NCBI GenBank assembly: GCA_951406725.2
Contig: OX597824.1
Location: 32,488,001 to 32,552,000 of the forward strand
Origin: Octopus vulgaris
Lineage: Eukaryota
Direction of reading: 5' to 3'
Length of the DNA: 64,000 bases
A program made the position numbers and the translations under genes. A model generated the notes under the pieces. It was not told the DNA's origin and made no database searches. It saw only the letters and a list, made by a program, of their open reading frames with translations. Below are positions 12,450-25,051 of this stretch, one piece after another (position 1 is the first letter of the stretch; the number at the start of each line of letters is the position of its first letter).

Positions 12450-13506
12450 GCTTCAAAACACGAACTCATATAAAGAATCTTGCAAACCAAATCCAAAAAC
12501 AAAAAGTAAAGACTTATTTTATTAACCCTTAAACATTCAGATTACTCTGTCAAATGTTATGCTTATTTAGTCACATTGTTTTGAATTAATCATGCATTGT
12601 TGTGTAGCTTTGAGGTTTGACAATGTGACTGTATATTTTTGAAATGACACTGTAGGGTAGGTGTGAGAGGCCAGATCTGACCTGTTTTAACATAAGACAG
12701 GTAGAAAATTTGAGTTGGGTTGGATACAACCAGTTTAAATGCAGAAGAGTTAAACCAATCAGCTGAACAAGGGTATGGTTTCATAATTTGAGATCAAGTA
12801 AATAATTTAGAATGAAAACTATAATTTTATTAAGCAAGTGGATGAGCATACTTATTAGATGAACATTATTATGGTTTCATTTGCATAAACTTTAGAGTGA
12901 ATAAATTCTTATATAAAGTGAACTGAATTCAAGTTTATTTTATCCCTTTAGCATTCAAAACACTTTATCAAATGTTGTTGCGGAGACCCCCTCCCAGGCA
13001 CAAGTTCGGGCAAGGTTGTTTATGGAAGACCAGCAGTCGTCCATGCATACCGGCTTCCCCTCTCCCCGCCACAAGTGTTATTCAAGGGAAAGGCAAAGGG
13101 GCCTGATACAGCTTGGCACCTATGATGCCGCAACTCATTTCTACAGCTGAGTGAACTGGAGCAACGTGAAATAAAGTGTCTTGCTCAAGAACACAACACG
13201 CAGCCCGGTCCGGGATTCAAACTCACAACCTCATGTTTGTAAGCTCGACGCTCTAACCGCTGAGCCATGTGCCTTCACTGTCAAATGTAATGCTTATTTA
13301 TTCATCTTGTTTTGAATTAATCATGCATTAACTTGTAGCTTTGAGATTTCAATGATGTGATTGTTTATTTTTAGAGTAACATTGTAAGGTAGGTGTGAGA
13401 GGCTTGATTTGACCAATCTGAACATAAAACAGGTAGAAAATTTTAGCTGGTTATGGTCAGTTTAAATGCTAAAGGGTTAATTAAAATAGGATTTCTAAAA
13501 TCTTAC

Positions 13507-13582
13507 CTGGCTTTGCTGTGATACTCCATGTGCATAGAAATTAGTAAACCATGGAATCCATGTCTTAAAGGACCTGACATAT
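13507..13582 (-). CDS. RyR: RyR exon: (Y)MSGPLRHGFHGLLISMHMEYHSKA(R)
   Basis: ATCAG acceptor, GTAAGA donor, 76 nt, phase 1-2. Confidence 0.94.
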
Positions 13583-14129
13583 CTGATTAATTAAAATGAA
13601 ATGTTGTATTTAGATTTGTATAAACATAATGCTTAAAATTTTTTTCACTCTTGTACACACATACACACAGATTCACACATATATACAGATACACACACAT
13701 GTAGAAACATACATATGCATGCAGAAGCACACACATATGTGCACACACACACACACACTGCACACAGACACACACAGACACACAGACACACTCACACACA
13801 CACACACACACACACATCGGAAACTATTTAATCAAAATGTATTACTCTTGTGAAAACTTAAAATGGTAATAACCAATAAAAGAAACTGAAAGACATAATG
13901 ACAGTAGTGGAATGTAACGTCCGTTTTTCTATGCTGGTATGGGTTGGACGGTTTGACAGGATCTGATTAGACCCATGGGTGTGGGAAGGCTAGTAGCAAG
14001 AAAAGATATATATATATAGCTGATCAAAAGTGCTGCCCCTATAAAAGTGTTACCTGGGTGGATTGTTCTTTCCTCCTATGCTACTACAATTGAATTGAAT
14101 CCAGTATAATGCTTGTGTGGGACACAAGC

Positions 14130-15290
14130 ATTATACTAGATATATGCATGTTGAAAGTGAACAACCAAATCATTAAGCAAGTATCATCATTCAACTATCT
14201 TGGAACTTTAATCACAGAAGACACGAAATGTGTGAAGGAGCTCAAAAAACAAATAGTGCATGGAGTCCTTGAAAACCTGTTGCTACAAAAAATGTTGATC
14301 CATAAATTCTGTCTGAAATAGAGAATGTTGAGACAGTGTCACATGACAATTTACTGGGGCTGCCTGCTGGAGCCTAGCAGCAGGTATTTAAAGGGAAAAA
14401 TTTGACAAGTTAGTCAGTCACCTGCTGACACTCGTTGATGCTACATCGAAGAGGCCAGGGAACAGAAGAAAGAAGAAGAAAGAAGACGTGCACCCAACAC
14501 CAGAGCTGAAGACAACTCCGAAAGTGGGGGCCCCGCCATGTCGAAATGGTAAAGGAGTAGGGGCCGAAACCGGACATGGTTCCTCCTGATGATGTCTTGA
14601 GCTAACTGGATCCTATAAAGGAGCTGTTGTGGTAGCAGACCACGAAACACGGTTGAAATTCCTATATTCTATTATTTGAAGGATTGTAAAATAAAATCCT
14701 AGGAAGATAGTAATGATTATAGAGTGAGTTGCGGATTTTAAATTATTATTTATTAATGAGTGGTGTACTCAGGTAACAGATATGCTGGAAGCTAGAAGGA
14801 TTGCTGTATTAAGTAGGGGAATTTGGAATGGATTTAGTAGATAAATATACAATTCTCTAAATTGTATAACATCTTGAGAAACTGTATCAAGACCAAGATC
14901 CATATATTGGACTGCTATGTCTACCCTGTATTAATGTATGGAAGTGAGGCATGATCAATAACATAAAGAATAAGAAGGTGCTTGGAGAGCTGTGAAATGC
15001 CGTTCTTTGACAGACGAAGTGTCTAATGGAGAAGTGATGACCCAGGCTGTGGTAAATAGGAAACTGTTTTGTGAGATAAAGGCCAAGCAACTGACATTTC
15101 TTGGTCATGTGATGAGGAAAGACAACCTAGAGATGACCAGAAAGATAGAATAAAAAAAGAAGACAAAAGAAGCAGTGAAAAGATGACATGGATGTCAAGC
15201 TTGACGAGTTGGTTGGAAGAGGCATTAAACATCAGGAAGTGGAACTGTTACAGAAAACAAATATCAGAGAACTGTGATTTATGTCCTACA
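14130..15290 (+). mobile_element. Degenerate, interrupted LINE reverse-transcriptase C-terminal fragment (RTE/L2-like)
   Basis: IKQVSSFNYLGTLITED, CYVYPVLMYGSEA and FLGHVMRK motifs, with stops and an insertion. Confidence 0.65.
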
Positions 15291-15300
15291 TTCTGGACAT

Positions 15301-15622
15301 TATTTATTTTATTTATGCGCCCTTTTCAAGCTTAGCCAGGCTCATGGGCCCATTTTCCCAGTTTCTGTGGATTGTGTGTGTTCCCCCCAGCTGGATGGGA
15401 TGCCAGTCCATCGCAGTATTACTCAAGAAACAGGAAGAGAAAGTAAGAGAAAGTTGGGGGCGAAAGAGTACAATAGGGGTCGCCACCACCCCCTGCTGGA
15501 ACCTCATGGAGCTTTAGGTGTTATCGCTCAATAAACACATGCAATGCCTGGTCTGGGAATCAAAATTGCGATCCTCTGACCACGAGTCCACTGCCCTAAC
15601 CACTGGGCCATTGCTTCTCCAC
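15301..15622 (-). mobile_element. tRNA-derived SINE with 13-bp target-site duplication
   Basis: ACATTCTGGACAT at 15288-15300 and 15623-15635; A-rich tail; inverted homolog at 20672-20991. Confidence 0.85.
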
Positions 15623-15802
15623 ACATTCTGGACATGGTACACCTAAAGTAAGTATAATGCTTGTACTGACTGAAATAATGCAAAATTTAAACTCAAATAT
15701 AGAAGGGTAATTTAGTTTAGTATTATATCATTCTTTTCAAATCATGAATCTTCCCTGCCACTCTACTACATCCTAATAAGAGCAAAAAGTGATTCAACTT
15801 AC

Positions 15803-15924
15803 ATTCACTTTCAATACAATAGTATAATTGTTTCTCATCAATGTGTCTTGTGAGTGCATGGGCAACTCGGTGATTGCCGTGAGAACAGACTGCTTGGTAC
15901 AAATCCAGGGTTCGTGCATGAAAG
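15803..15924 (-). CDS. RyR: RyR exon, junctional solenoid: FHARTLDLYQAVCSHGNHRVAHALTRHIDEKQLYYCIESE
   Basis: CACAG acceptor, GTAAGT donor, 122 nt, phase 2-1. Confidence 0.96.
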
Positions 15925-16289
15925 CTGTGAAAAAGAACAAGAAACACTTTTTATTAGCATATTAGGGTAAAAGACAGACAGGTTAAAAAAATATTGCAGC
16001 TTTTTCTAGCTGACTTATTGGTTACCAACTTTCATTTCACTCTCATCTAATCCAAGAGTTAATTGGTTGTTCTGCACACTGCCCAACTGATCTACAGTTC
16101 TCATTTGTAGCCTCATCATCATCATCATCACCAGTTAATGTCCATTTACCATGCAGGCATGAGATGAATAGTTTGACAGGGATTGGTAAGGCCAAAGGTT
16201 GCACCTGTTCCATTGTCTCTTTTAGCATGGTTTCTACAGTTGGATGCCTTTCTTAATGCAAACCAGTTTACAGAGTGTATCGTGTGTTT

Positions 16290-17450
16290 TTTATGCGGCA
16301 CCAGCACCAGTGCTTTTCTATGTGGCACCAGCACTGGCGTTTTTAATGTGACACCAGCAACAGTACCTTTTATGTGGTACCAGCAATAGTGCCTTTTATG
16401 TGGCACCAGCACCAGTACTTTTCTATGTGGCACCAGCACTGGCGTTTTTAATGTGACACCAGCAACAGTACCTTTTATGTGGTACCAGCAATAGTGCCTT
16501 TTATGTGACACCAGCACCAGTACTTTTCTATGTGGCACCAGCACTGGCGTTTTTAATGTGACACCAGCAACAGTACCTTTTATGTGGTACCAGCAATAGT
16601 GCCTTTTATGTGGCACCAGCACCAGTACTTTTCTATGTGGCACCAGCACTGGCGTTTTTAATGTGACACCAGCAACAGTACCTTTTATGTGGTACCAGCA
16701 ATAGTGCCTTTTATGTGACACCAGCACCAGTACTTTTCTATGTGGCACCAGCACTGGCGTTTTTAATGTGACACCAGCAACAGTACCTTTTATGTGGTAC
16801 CAGCAATAGTGCCTTTTATGTGGCACCAGCACCAGTACTTTTCTATGTGGCACCAGCACTGGCGTTTTTAATGTGACACCAGCAACAGTACCTTTTATGT
16901 GGTACCAGCAATAGTGCCTTTTATGTGACACCAGCACCAGTACTTTTCTATGTGGCACCAGCACTGGCGTTTTTAATGTGACACCAGCAACAATACCTTT
17001 TATGTGGTACCAGCAATAGTGCCTTTTATGTGACACCAGCACCAGTACTTTTCTATGTGGCACCAGCACTGGCGTTTTTAATGTGACACCAGCAACAGTA
17101 CCTTTTATGTGGTACCAGCAATAGTGCCTTTTATGTGGCACCAGCACCAGTGCTTTTCTATGTGACACCAGCAACAATGCTTTTTATGTGGTACCAGTAA
17201 TGGTGCCTTTTATGTGGAACCAGAACCAGTGCTTTTCTATATGCAACAGCAACAGTGTTCTTTATGTAGTATCAGCACTGGTGCTTTTTCCAAGGCATAA
17301 TCACCAGTGTTTTTTTTTGTGGCACCATCATCAGTGCTTTCTATGTGGCACCATCATCAGTGCTTTTTATGAGATGCCAGCATCAGTGCTTTTTATGTGG
17401 CACCAGTTATTTTTACATGGCACCAGCACCAGTGCTTTTTACATGGCAGG
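16290..17450. repeat. Hierarchical minisatellite: about 8 near-perfect 105-bp units built from 26-27-bp monomers, with a degenerate monomer tail
   Basis: Unit ATGTGGCACCAGCACTGGCGTTTTTAATGTGACACCAGCAACAGTACCTTTTATGTGGTACCAGCAATAGTGCCTTTTATGTG(G/A)CACCAGCACCAGTACTTTTCT; explains the 35-aa-periodic ORF 16146..17177. Confidence 0.95.
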
Positions 17451-17909
17451 GTGATCGAGTAACTTACAAGATATTTCATCTCAAATTTGAAAATGATGAA
17501 CAATATTTTATGAAATAAATTTTAATAAAATTTTTTCATGGTATTCTCTTTGCAAAACACTGTTCTAAATAATTCTTTCTAAAGCCCAGCAATTTAGAAA
17601 GAATTAGGCAAATTGATTACATCATCCCCAGTACAAGACTGGTACTTTATTTTCCCCATGTCACTCCATCCAAAGGATGAAAGCAAAGTTCACTTTGGCA
17701 GGCTTTGAGCACACAACATAAAGAATTAGAAGAAATGCCACTAAACATTTTGTCTTGCATGATTCCACCAGCTCATTGCCCAACCATTCTAAATAATATA
17801 ACTCCTTTCCTTTTCAGTTTTTTTTCTTCTGATATCTACCTGATTTATACAAATATTTAACAAAACACTGCTTATATTCAATATAAAAAAACAAATAAAA
17901 ATGAATTAC

Positions 17910-17991
17910 TTCAGTAATAATGGATGTTCTATAAGTTCTAGCACATCAAGACAACTATCTTCTTCTGGTATGTAGACAGCCATCATAGAAA
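17910..17991 (-). CDS. RyR: RyR exon: (V)SMMAVYIPEEDSCLDVLELIEHPLLL
   Basis: TTTCAG acceptor, GTAATT donor, 82 nt, phase 1-2; IPEE.C.D.LEL motif. Confidence 0.95.
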
Positions 17992-18528
17992 CTGAAACAA
18001 TAAATTGTAATTATCTCAATTAGTCATTAAATAGCGATGAGTTTTTCATGTTAAATTTCAAAAAAGGAATAGTAAGAACTATTAAAAAGTTGAGAACAAA
18101 AATTACTTTCAAAATTATTGTTGTTAATTTTCCTGACTTTTTCTATTAATTATAGGTTTATAACTTCGAATTAAATTTTTATTTAATTTTTAACCAAAGT
18201 GTTGTAATATGAAATATTTCAACAACAACAACAATAATAATTTTTGTTTATTAATTTAGAATTGTCATGAGGGCAGAGCATGCCCAATAAATAATACAAC
18301 TTTTGTCTTGGTGTAAAAAAATGGGTTACAGCAAATATTCTGCCCGATACTGCAGATTTGCTTTGTCAGTCACTTGACCATAACCAGTTGAACATGTCAC
18401 TTAGTAGTTTACAATATGTGCACCTCTGATCACTAGCAGGAGTAGTGAAGCAGCATCAAGAGCAGGGATTATTTGGGGTTTGAATAATTCACCTCTGGAA
18501 AAATGGGTCTTTCACTCATCATCCTTAA

Positions 18529-18749
18529 CCCTTTAGTGTTCACATTATTCTACCAAAATTAATGCTTTTTCATCCACATTGTTTTGAACTAATCATTCAT
18601 TATTTTGTAGCTATGAGATTTTGATGAGGAAGCTGTTAATTTTTAAAACGACATAGTAGGGTCGGTGTGAGATGTCAGATCTGGTCAGTTTCACCATAAA
18701 ACAGGCAGAATACTTTTGGCCGGATATGGCCGGTTTAAATGCTAAAGGG
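18529..18749. mobile_element. piggyBac-type MITE (related copies at about 12522-12753 and 12942-13480)
   Basis: TTAA|CCCTTTAG...CTAAAGGG|TTAA termini. The host repeat is split at a TTAA that is single in the uninterrupted copy near 1890-1930. Confidence 0.85.
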
Positions 18750-19262
18750 TTAAACAAGCTTTATTCAGGGACCTTTTGAGCAGGATGGGCTACTCAGCTT
18801 GAAGAGAATTCTAACTGGGCCCCATCAGCAAGGTCATGCTTTTTTTTCTCTTGATATGAGGTCACCATGTTATGCATATATGGTTGTGATGCATGTGCCT
18901 ACTATATCCTTATCAGATGGGTAGTCAAGATGGTTAATATATATATATTCATATACTTATACCCCAGTATCACTTTGATAGCAAGCGCTGCTCACTCATT
19001 CAATAATAGTAATAATGGTTTCAAATTTTGGCACAAGGCCAGCAGGCTTGGAGGAGGAGGCAAGCCAATTACATCGATCCCAGTGTTCAACTGGTACTTA
19101 TTTTATTGACCCTGAAAGAACTAAATGCAAAGTCGACCTTGGTGGAATTTGAACTTAGCACATAGAGATGGACAAAATGTCACTAAGCATTTTGCCTGGC
19201 ATGGTAACGATTATGCCAGCTCACCACCTTATTCAATAATAATGATAATGATGATAATAATG

Positions 19263-19311
<49 letters not shown>

Positions 19312-19522
19312 GCCTTTCGACTAAAGGCACAAGGCCTGAAATTTTGGGGGAGGGGATTAGTTGATTACATCAACCACAGTGTTTCACTTGTACTTAATTT
19401 ATAAACAACGAAAAGATGAAAGGCAAAGTCCACCTTGGTGGAATTTGAACTCAGAACGTTAGGACAGATGAAATGACAATAATAATAATAATCAGAATAA
19501 TAAATACATATAATTAACTGAC

Positions 19523-19709
19523 CTGGTTCGTCACATACCAAACTCCAGCCTCGTACTTCTGACATCTTTATTGAGTGTGATTTGAGGGATGTATTTGGGA
19601 CTCTTGCCCAATGTGAAGGTTTTATTACTTGTAAATCTAAGCGTGGTGGACAGGCAGGTTGGATAGATTTAGGGCCACGGAACAGGGCAGCAGATAAGGG
19701 CAAAGTATT
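19523..19709 (-). CDS. RyR: RyR exon: NTLPLSAALFRGPKSIQPACPPRLDLQ...GWSLVCDEP
   Basis: TTTCAG acceptor, GTCAGT donor, 187 nt, phase 0-1. Confidence 0.96.
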
Positions 19710-20671
19710 CTGAAATAGAAAAATTATATACATTCAATAAAATCCCCTATTTGCTATTATTTTTAAACATTTGCTTTTATTTTTGGCAGGGCTATTTATT
19801 TCTTGCTTGTATTTAACTTCAACTCAGATCCAAAGTCCTTCATCCATTTCTTTTAGACTACATTAAAGGAAACTATAAATTTGACAAATTAAATTTATGA
19901 CTCTTTTGCCTTTTTCTTTCAGACATTGTACTGTGGCCATGTTGGGGCTCTGCCTTGGCAGGTATTTAGTTGAACAAATCAATGCCGGTACTTTTTTTTT
20001 TAATTTGGTGTGTATTCTGTTGGTCACATTTGCCATACTGTTAAGTCACAGGCATGTAAACAAGTTGTAGTGGCTGAGACAAGTACAGACATAAGGACAC
20101 ATGCACACACATATGATGGGATTCCACACAGTTTCCTTCTAACAAGTTTATTCACAAGGCATTAGTTGACCTGGGGATATTGTAGAGGACATTTACCCAA
20201 GGTGCTGTGCAATGGGACTGAACCAAAAACCACATGGTTGCAAAGTGAACTTCTAAATCTTAGTTGCACAGTTATATAAATCTTGACTCTCTTATATCTG
20301 TTACCTGCTTTATCTGAACCACAGACAAGGAGATATGAACACTTTCACACACACGTATACACATGACAGACTTTTAGATTCCACCTACCAAATTCACTCA
20401 CAAGGCTTGAGGCTATAGTAGAAGACAATTACCTAAGGTGTTACACAGTGGGATTGAACCTGACACCAACTGGATGGCAAGCAAACTTTTAACCATAGCC
20501 ATGCCTGCATCTATTTATGCATATTATACTAAGTCCTTCATTTGCAACACTTTCATCATATAATTTGTATTAAGGTGATAGACAGGCAGAAATAGTAAGA
20601 CCCTTGACCAAATATATTTCAATACTTGTATAGTATTTCCATTTGGATTTAAGATGCATAATAGGATTATT

Positions 20672-20991
20672 GTGGAGTTGCGATGGCCCAGTGGTTAGGA
20701 CAGTGGACTCGTGGTCAGAGGATCGCGGTTTTGATTCCCAGGCTGGGTGTTGTGTTTGTTTATTGAGCAAAAACACCTAAAAGCAAGGTGTTCCACGAGG
20801 TTCCGGCAGGGGGTGGTAACGACCCCTGTTGTATTCTTTCGCCCCAACTTTCTCTCACTTTCTCTTCCTGTTTTTTGAGTAATGCTGCGATGGAATGGTG
20901 TCCTGTCCAGCTGGGGGAACACATACACTACAGAAACCGGGAAACTGGGCCCATGAGTCTGACTAGGCTTGAAAAGGGTGCATAAAAAAAG
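20672..20991 (+). mobile_element. tRNA-derived SINE with 10-bp target-site duplication
   Basis: A box TGGCCCAGTGG, B-box-like GGTTTTGATTCCC, A7 tail; TAGGATTATT at 20662-20671 and 20992-21001. Confidence 0.85.
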
Positions 20992-21597
20992 TAGGATTAT
21001 TAAACTGTACTTTACAGTTTCTTTCTTCCATCAATCATGTGAAGGCACTTGGTTTACTGATTAGGGCATTTGGCTCATGATCGTAAGGTTGTGAGTTCAA
21101 TTCTCAGTGGTGCATTATGTCCTTGAGCAAGACACTTTATTTCATATTACTCTAGTGCACTCAACTGGGAAAAATAAGTTGTCCCTGTAATTCAAAGGTC
21201 TAGTCTTATCACATTCTGTGTTATGCTGAATCTCCCTGAGAACTATATTAATTTTACACTGTGGAGTGGTCAGCCACCTCCACATTAATTTCAAGAGCAG
21301 GCTGTTCCATTAATTGTATAAACTGGAAACCTTGTCGTCATAACCAACAGAGTGCCAGTTATTTCATCAACCTCAGAATAATAAAATGTAAATTTGACCT
21401 CATCAAGAAATTGAGGGAAGGAAACAAAAATCTAGCACCAATTATTAAAGATACTCAAAGAAAGGAAATAACTTTTCAAGACATAAATGAACATGATAAA
21501 TATCAATGGCAGTGCCCCAGCATGGCCAGAGCTTATGGGCGGAAGCAAGTAAAAGGTAAAAATTTAAATAAAATAAATGCATGTTAAAACTTCTTAC

Positions 21598-21684
21598 TTT
21601 TGTCCGTCCCAATTCAAACTGGAACATTTCTTTGATTGTTGGTTCAAAAATTACAGCTGGAAAAAGTTTGGTTCCAGGTTCAAC
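21598..21684 (-). CDS. RyR: RyR exon: VEPGTKLFPAVIFEPTIKEMFQFELGRTK
   Basis: TTTCAG acceptor, GTAAGA donor, 87 nt, phase 0-0. Confidence 0.96.
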
Positions 21685-22433
21685 CTGAAATAAAGATATA
21701 ATAAATTTAATATTATGTAGTAATTCTAATATCATATGCTAAATATAAAGAAGGTAATATTTATCCCTAAGTAAAAGTGGATGTTGTGTTAGAACACGGA
21801 ATACTCTGATAGTTACCATGAGAGAATCTCTCATATGGACTTGTGGTGCATAAAATCACTTGTGTTTATATTGCTAGAGGGAGATAATCATCTGCCATAG
21901 CCACCAGGGCTACCAGATCATGTGATTTCGACCTTCCTTGGCTTTGTCAATGGTAGATGCTTGAAAGCTAGAGATAGTAATTTTTCCATCAGAGAACTCT
22001 CTTAAGTATTAATATTTACCAATATATAAGCTGGTGAGCTGGCAGAATTGTTAGCATATCAGACAAAATACTTAGTGGCATTTCTTTCAACTTTAGGCTC
22101 TGAGTTCAAATGCTGCTGTGGTTCACTTTGTATTTCATCCTTTCAGGGTCAATAAAATAAATACCAGCTGAGCACTGAAGTCTATGTAATCGACTTATCC
22201 CCACCACCAGAAATTGCTGGCCTTGTGCCAAAATGTAAAACCAGTATTTACCAATATAGACCAGCACTAATTTCATTGAATTCTAGATTTTTTACCATAT
22301 TTTAAAGAATGGCATTAGAGAGGGAAATAGGTTACAACAATCTGCTCCAACAGATTAATGTAATAAAAATATATTGCAACAAAATGAAAACTTCTAAGAA
22401 AAGCAAACACACAAAAAAAAATTGAATGATTAC

Positions 22434-22614
22434 CTGGTATTTATTTGCCACCTCCTTTCCATTAACACTAAAACTTAATATTCCTGTGGCTGTATCAATG
22501 TAGCAGCCAATAACAAGACCTGGTGAGGATTTTTTGCTTGATTCTTCATGAGTTCCACCGTAACGCTGTTGTAATACACCTGCACATACCATATAGCAAT
22601 TTTTGCGGCTTACA
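22434..22614 (-). CDS. RyR: RyR exon, SPRY3: VSRKNCYMVCAG...GLVIGCYIDTATGILSFSVNGKEVANKYQ
   Basis: TTTCAG acceptor, GTAATC donor, 181 nt, phase 2-0. Confidence 0.96.
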
Positions 22615-23285
22615 CTGAAATGAAAGAACATAAAACATTAACCATCATCACAACCACCATCACTACCACCACCAGCCATTCAAGAATTTGGACCTGGAGA
22701 TCTCCATTTCCAGCGACCTCGAGGGCTACCTCCCAGTGGTGTCGGGCGTCAACGAAGAGCCCTCGACTACAACAAGATGACCAAAGTTTTTTTTTTCCAA
22801 GGTCTGGGGTCTCCCACCCCTAAGCCCTAGACCATCACCTAATCACCCTTACCCATCTTGTTGCATAACAACAACAACAACCACCACCACCATCATTACT
22901 AACATAATCATCTTTATTACAGTCATCTTCACATCTGTTTTCCCATGCTTGTGTGGGTGGGACATAAAAGTATTTATATTTCAGAATGGTCATTTTCCTT
23001 AATTTTTTCTTGCCAAATATTTGGCAAGGTGAAAAAAAAATGACCATCCTGAGATATAACAACATATGTTTCAACACATGGTTTCACATCAGGAATCTTT
23101 CAAAACAAATTCATAAATATATTTATTTTCCTAATTCTAATGTTATGATGAATGAAGTAGTTATTTAGGTCTTAAAAGAGATAATCACCACCAATGGTCA
23201 GATATTAGTGTAATTAAAGTAATTTAAATAATACGCTGAATATCTGATGAATGATATTTTTAAAATCAAATAATATACATTATAT

Positions 23286-23555
23286 AACAATTGCAGCGTG
23301 GAAGGTGTTTATAAGCCATTTAAGAAACACAAAAACCGTTAGATTCACTTCAACATTTAAATTTAATTTGTCAAAATATTTTCGTCATTTGGAGACTGCG
23401 AACTGTTCACTGACAGATGCAGCACGGAGTTTTGTCTGTGAACAGGTCGCAGTCTGAAAGTGACGAAAATATTTTGACAAATTAAATTTAAATGTTGAAG
23501 TGAATCTAACGGTTTTTGTGTGTTTCTTATAAACACCTTCCATGCTGCAATTGTT
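23286..23555. repeat. Near-perfect fold-back palindrome of about 270 bp
   Basis: Arms of about 125 bp share a long exact core (AAAAACCGTTAGATTCACTTCAACATTTAAATTTAATTTGTCAAAATATTTTCGTCA and its reverse complement) around a short loop. Confidence 0.93.
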
Positions 23556-23784
23556 TTCGTTCCAGCACACGATCTCAGATCATGTCACTTGCTATGCAAG
23601 TACATCTCTGTAATACATTATATAATTATTGATAAAAATATTTTGCATTTAAAAAATATTCAAATATTTTGTTGTTTAGTACCAGATACTTCATAAATTA
23701 TAAAATATGTATCAGTACCTTGTATACTACTTATGGTATAAATAATAGCAACACTAGTAATAAAAGTAAAAATATAAGGATTAC

Positions 23785-24562
23785 CTTTGTCTGTATTTAT
23801 ATTCTACATCTTGGGTTGAGATGATGACATTCCTGATCTTCTTCATATCGAAGGACCTGCCTCCCATGTGAAAGCCAGGGGTGACCCAACCAACATATAG
23901 CTGATTGGGGTCCTGCCCAGGGAAGATGCGTACAGAATAGTAATATTCATGCATTGTTTCAGTCAAGGCATTCATTTCAGCAATTTCAGCCTCGGACATT
24001 TCATAGTCGGAACCCATAGAGACATTGCTGAATCCATGGTGTATATCTTTGACATCCTGAAACTCATATGGAATCAATCCATCAGGACCTTCGATATTAA
24101 TTGCAGGGCTGCCACCTTCCACATCACCCTTATGCATATTCTGAGAACCAGCTATAGATCTGTTGGAGCGTTGAGACCTGCCAAGTTTGCCAGGTTTCAA
24201 TGAATCGAGTGTTTTAGATTTCACATCTCGAGGAGTTGGAGAAGGTTCCCTGGATTTTGATCTTCGAAACAGTGTTGCAAATGGTGACTTGGAATTTTTA
24301 GCTGCTTTGCTGGCCTTTGGATCACTGAGTTTTTCAGCCAAAAGAGAAAGTTTGGAAGTAGATTTCTTTCTCTCATTATCAATTCCTAAATAACCGTCGA
24401 CCAAATGAGATTCACTCGCTGCAGTCTTCATGCCGGGAAGACTAGAATCATGCAGAGTTGGTTCATCTAAAGAATGGTGGGCATTTTTGTTCCTCAAAAA
24501 GGATGTTCTTCTTTGATCAGCATCAGACAGAGATTCGTCACCAGCATAGTCATGATGAAGTG
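23785..24562 (-). CDS. RyR: RyR large exon: Ser/Lys-rich DR2 insert followed by SPRY3 (EYYYSVRIFPGQDPNQLYVGWVT)
   Basis: TTCATAG acceptor, GTAATC donor, 778 nt, phase 1-2; lies within ORF 23781..24575. Confidence 0.95.
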
Positions 24563-25051
24563 CTATGAAAATCAAAATAAAAAGAACATTCCATTATAAG
24601 AAATAGAACTTTGAAGTTTCAGTTTTATTAGAACTGGCTCAACAATTTCTTCAAACATACTAACCATAACATTGTAGACGAATCGTGATAACCATTTAAA
24701 ACACATGTAATTGTTATATTCACCTTCATTTTATTTCATGATAGTATTGAGTACTTTAAAGCAATGATTCTTTACCTGGAGTGACAGTGCATGACCTAGT
24801 GATAAGGGTGCAGGGTCTGGTGGTTACAGTGTTGCATGCATGATTGCAAAATCATGGTTTTGGTTCATAGACTAGTTGGTGTTGTGTTCTTGAGCAAAAC
24901 ACTTCACTTTATGCTGCTTCTGTCCACTCAGCCATAAGAGAGTAACTCTGCGATGAATTGGCACCCTATCCAGGGGGAAATATTGTGATCTCAGTCATTT
25001 ATACACCAGGAAAACTGAGTAACTGACCCAATGAGTCCTAGGACTTGAGAC

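Noticed and set aside
14340-14860. Possible solo LTR inside the LINE fragment
   Set aside because: TATA-like and AATAAA motifs are present, but no clear TG...CA boundaries with a matching TSD could be defined.
16146-17177. 343-aa repetitive ORF and CRISPR-like periodicity
   Set aside because: Units are fully repeated with no unique spacers and no cas genes, in a eukaryotic intron. The ORF follows from a stop-free 105-bp (3n) unit.
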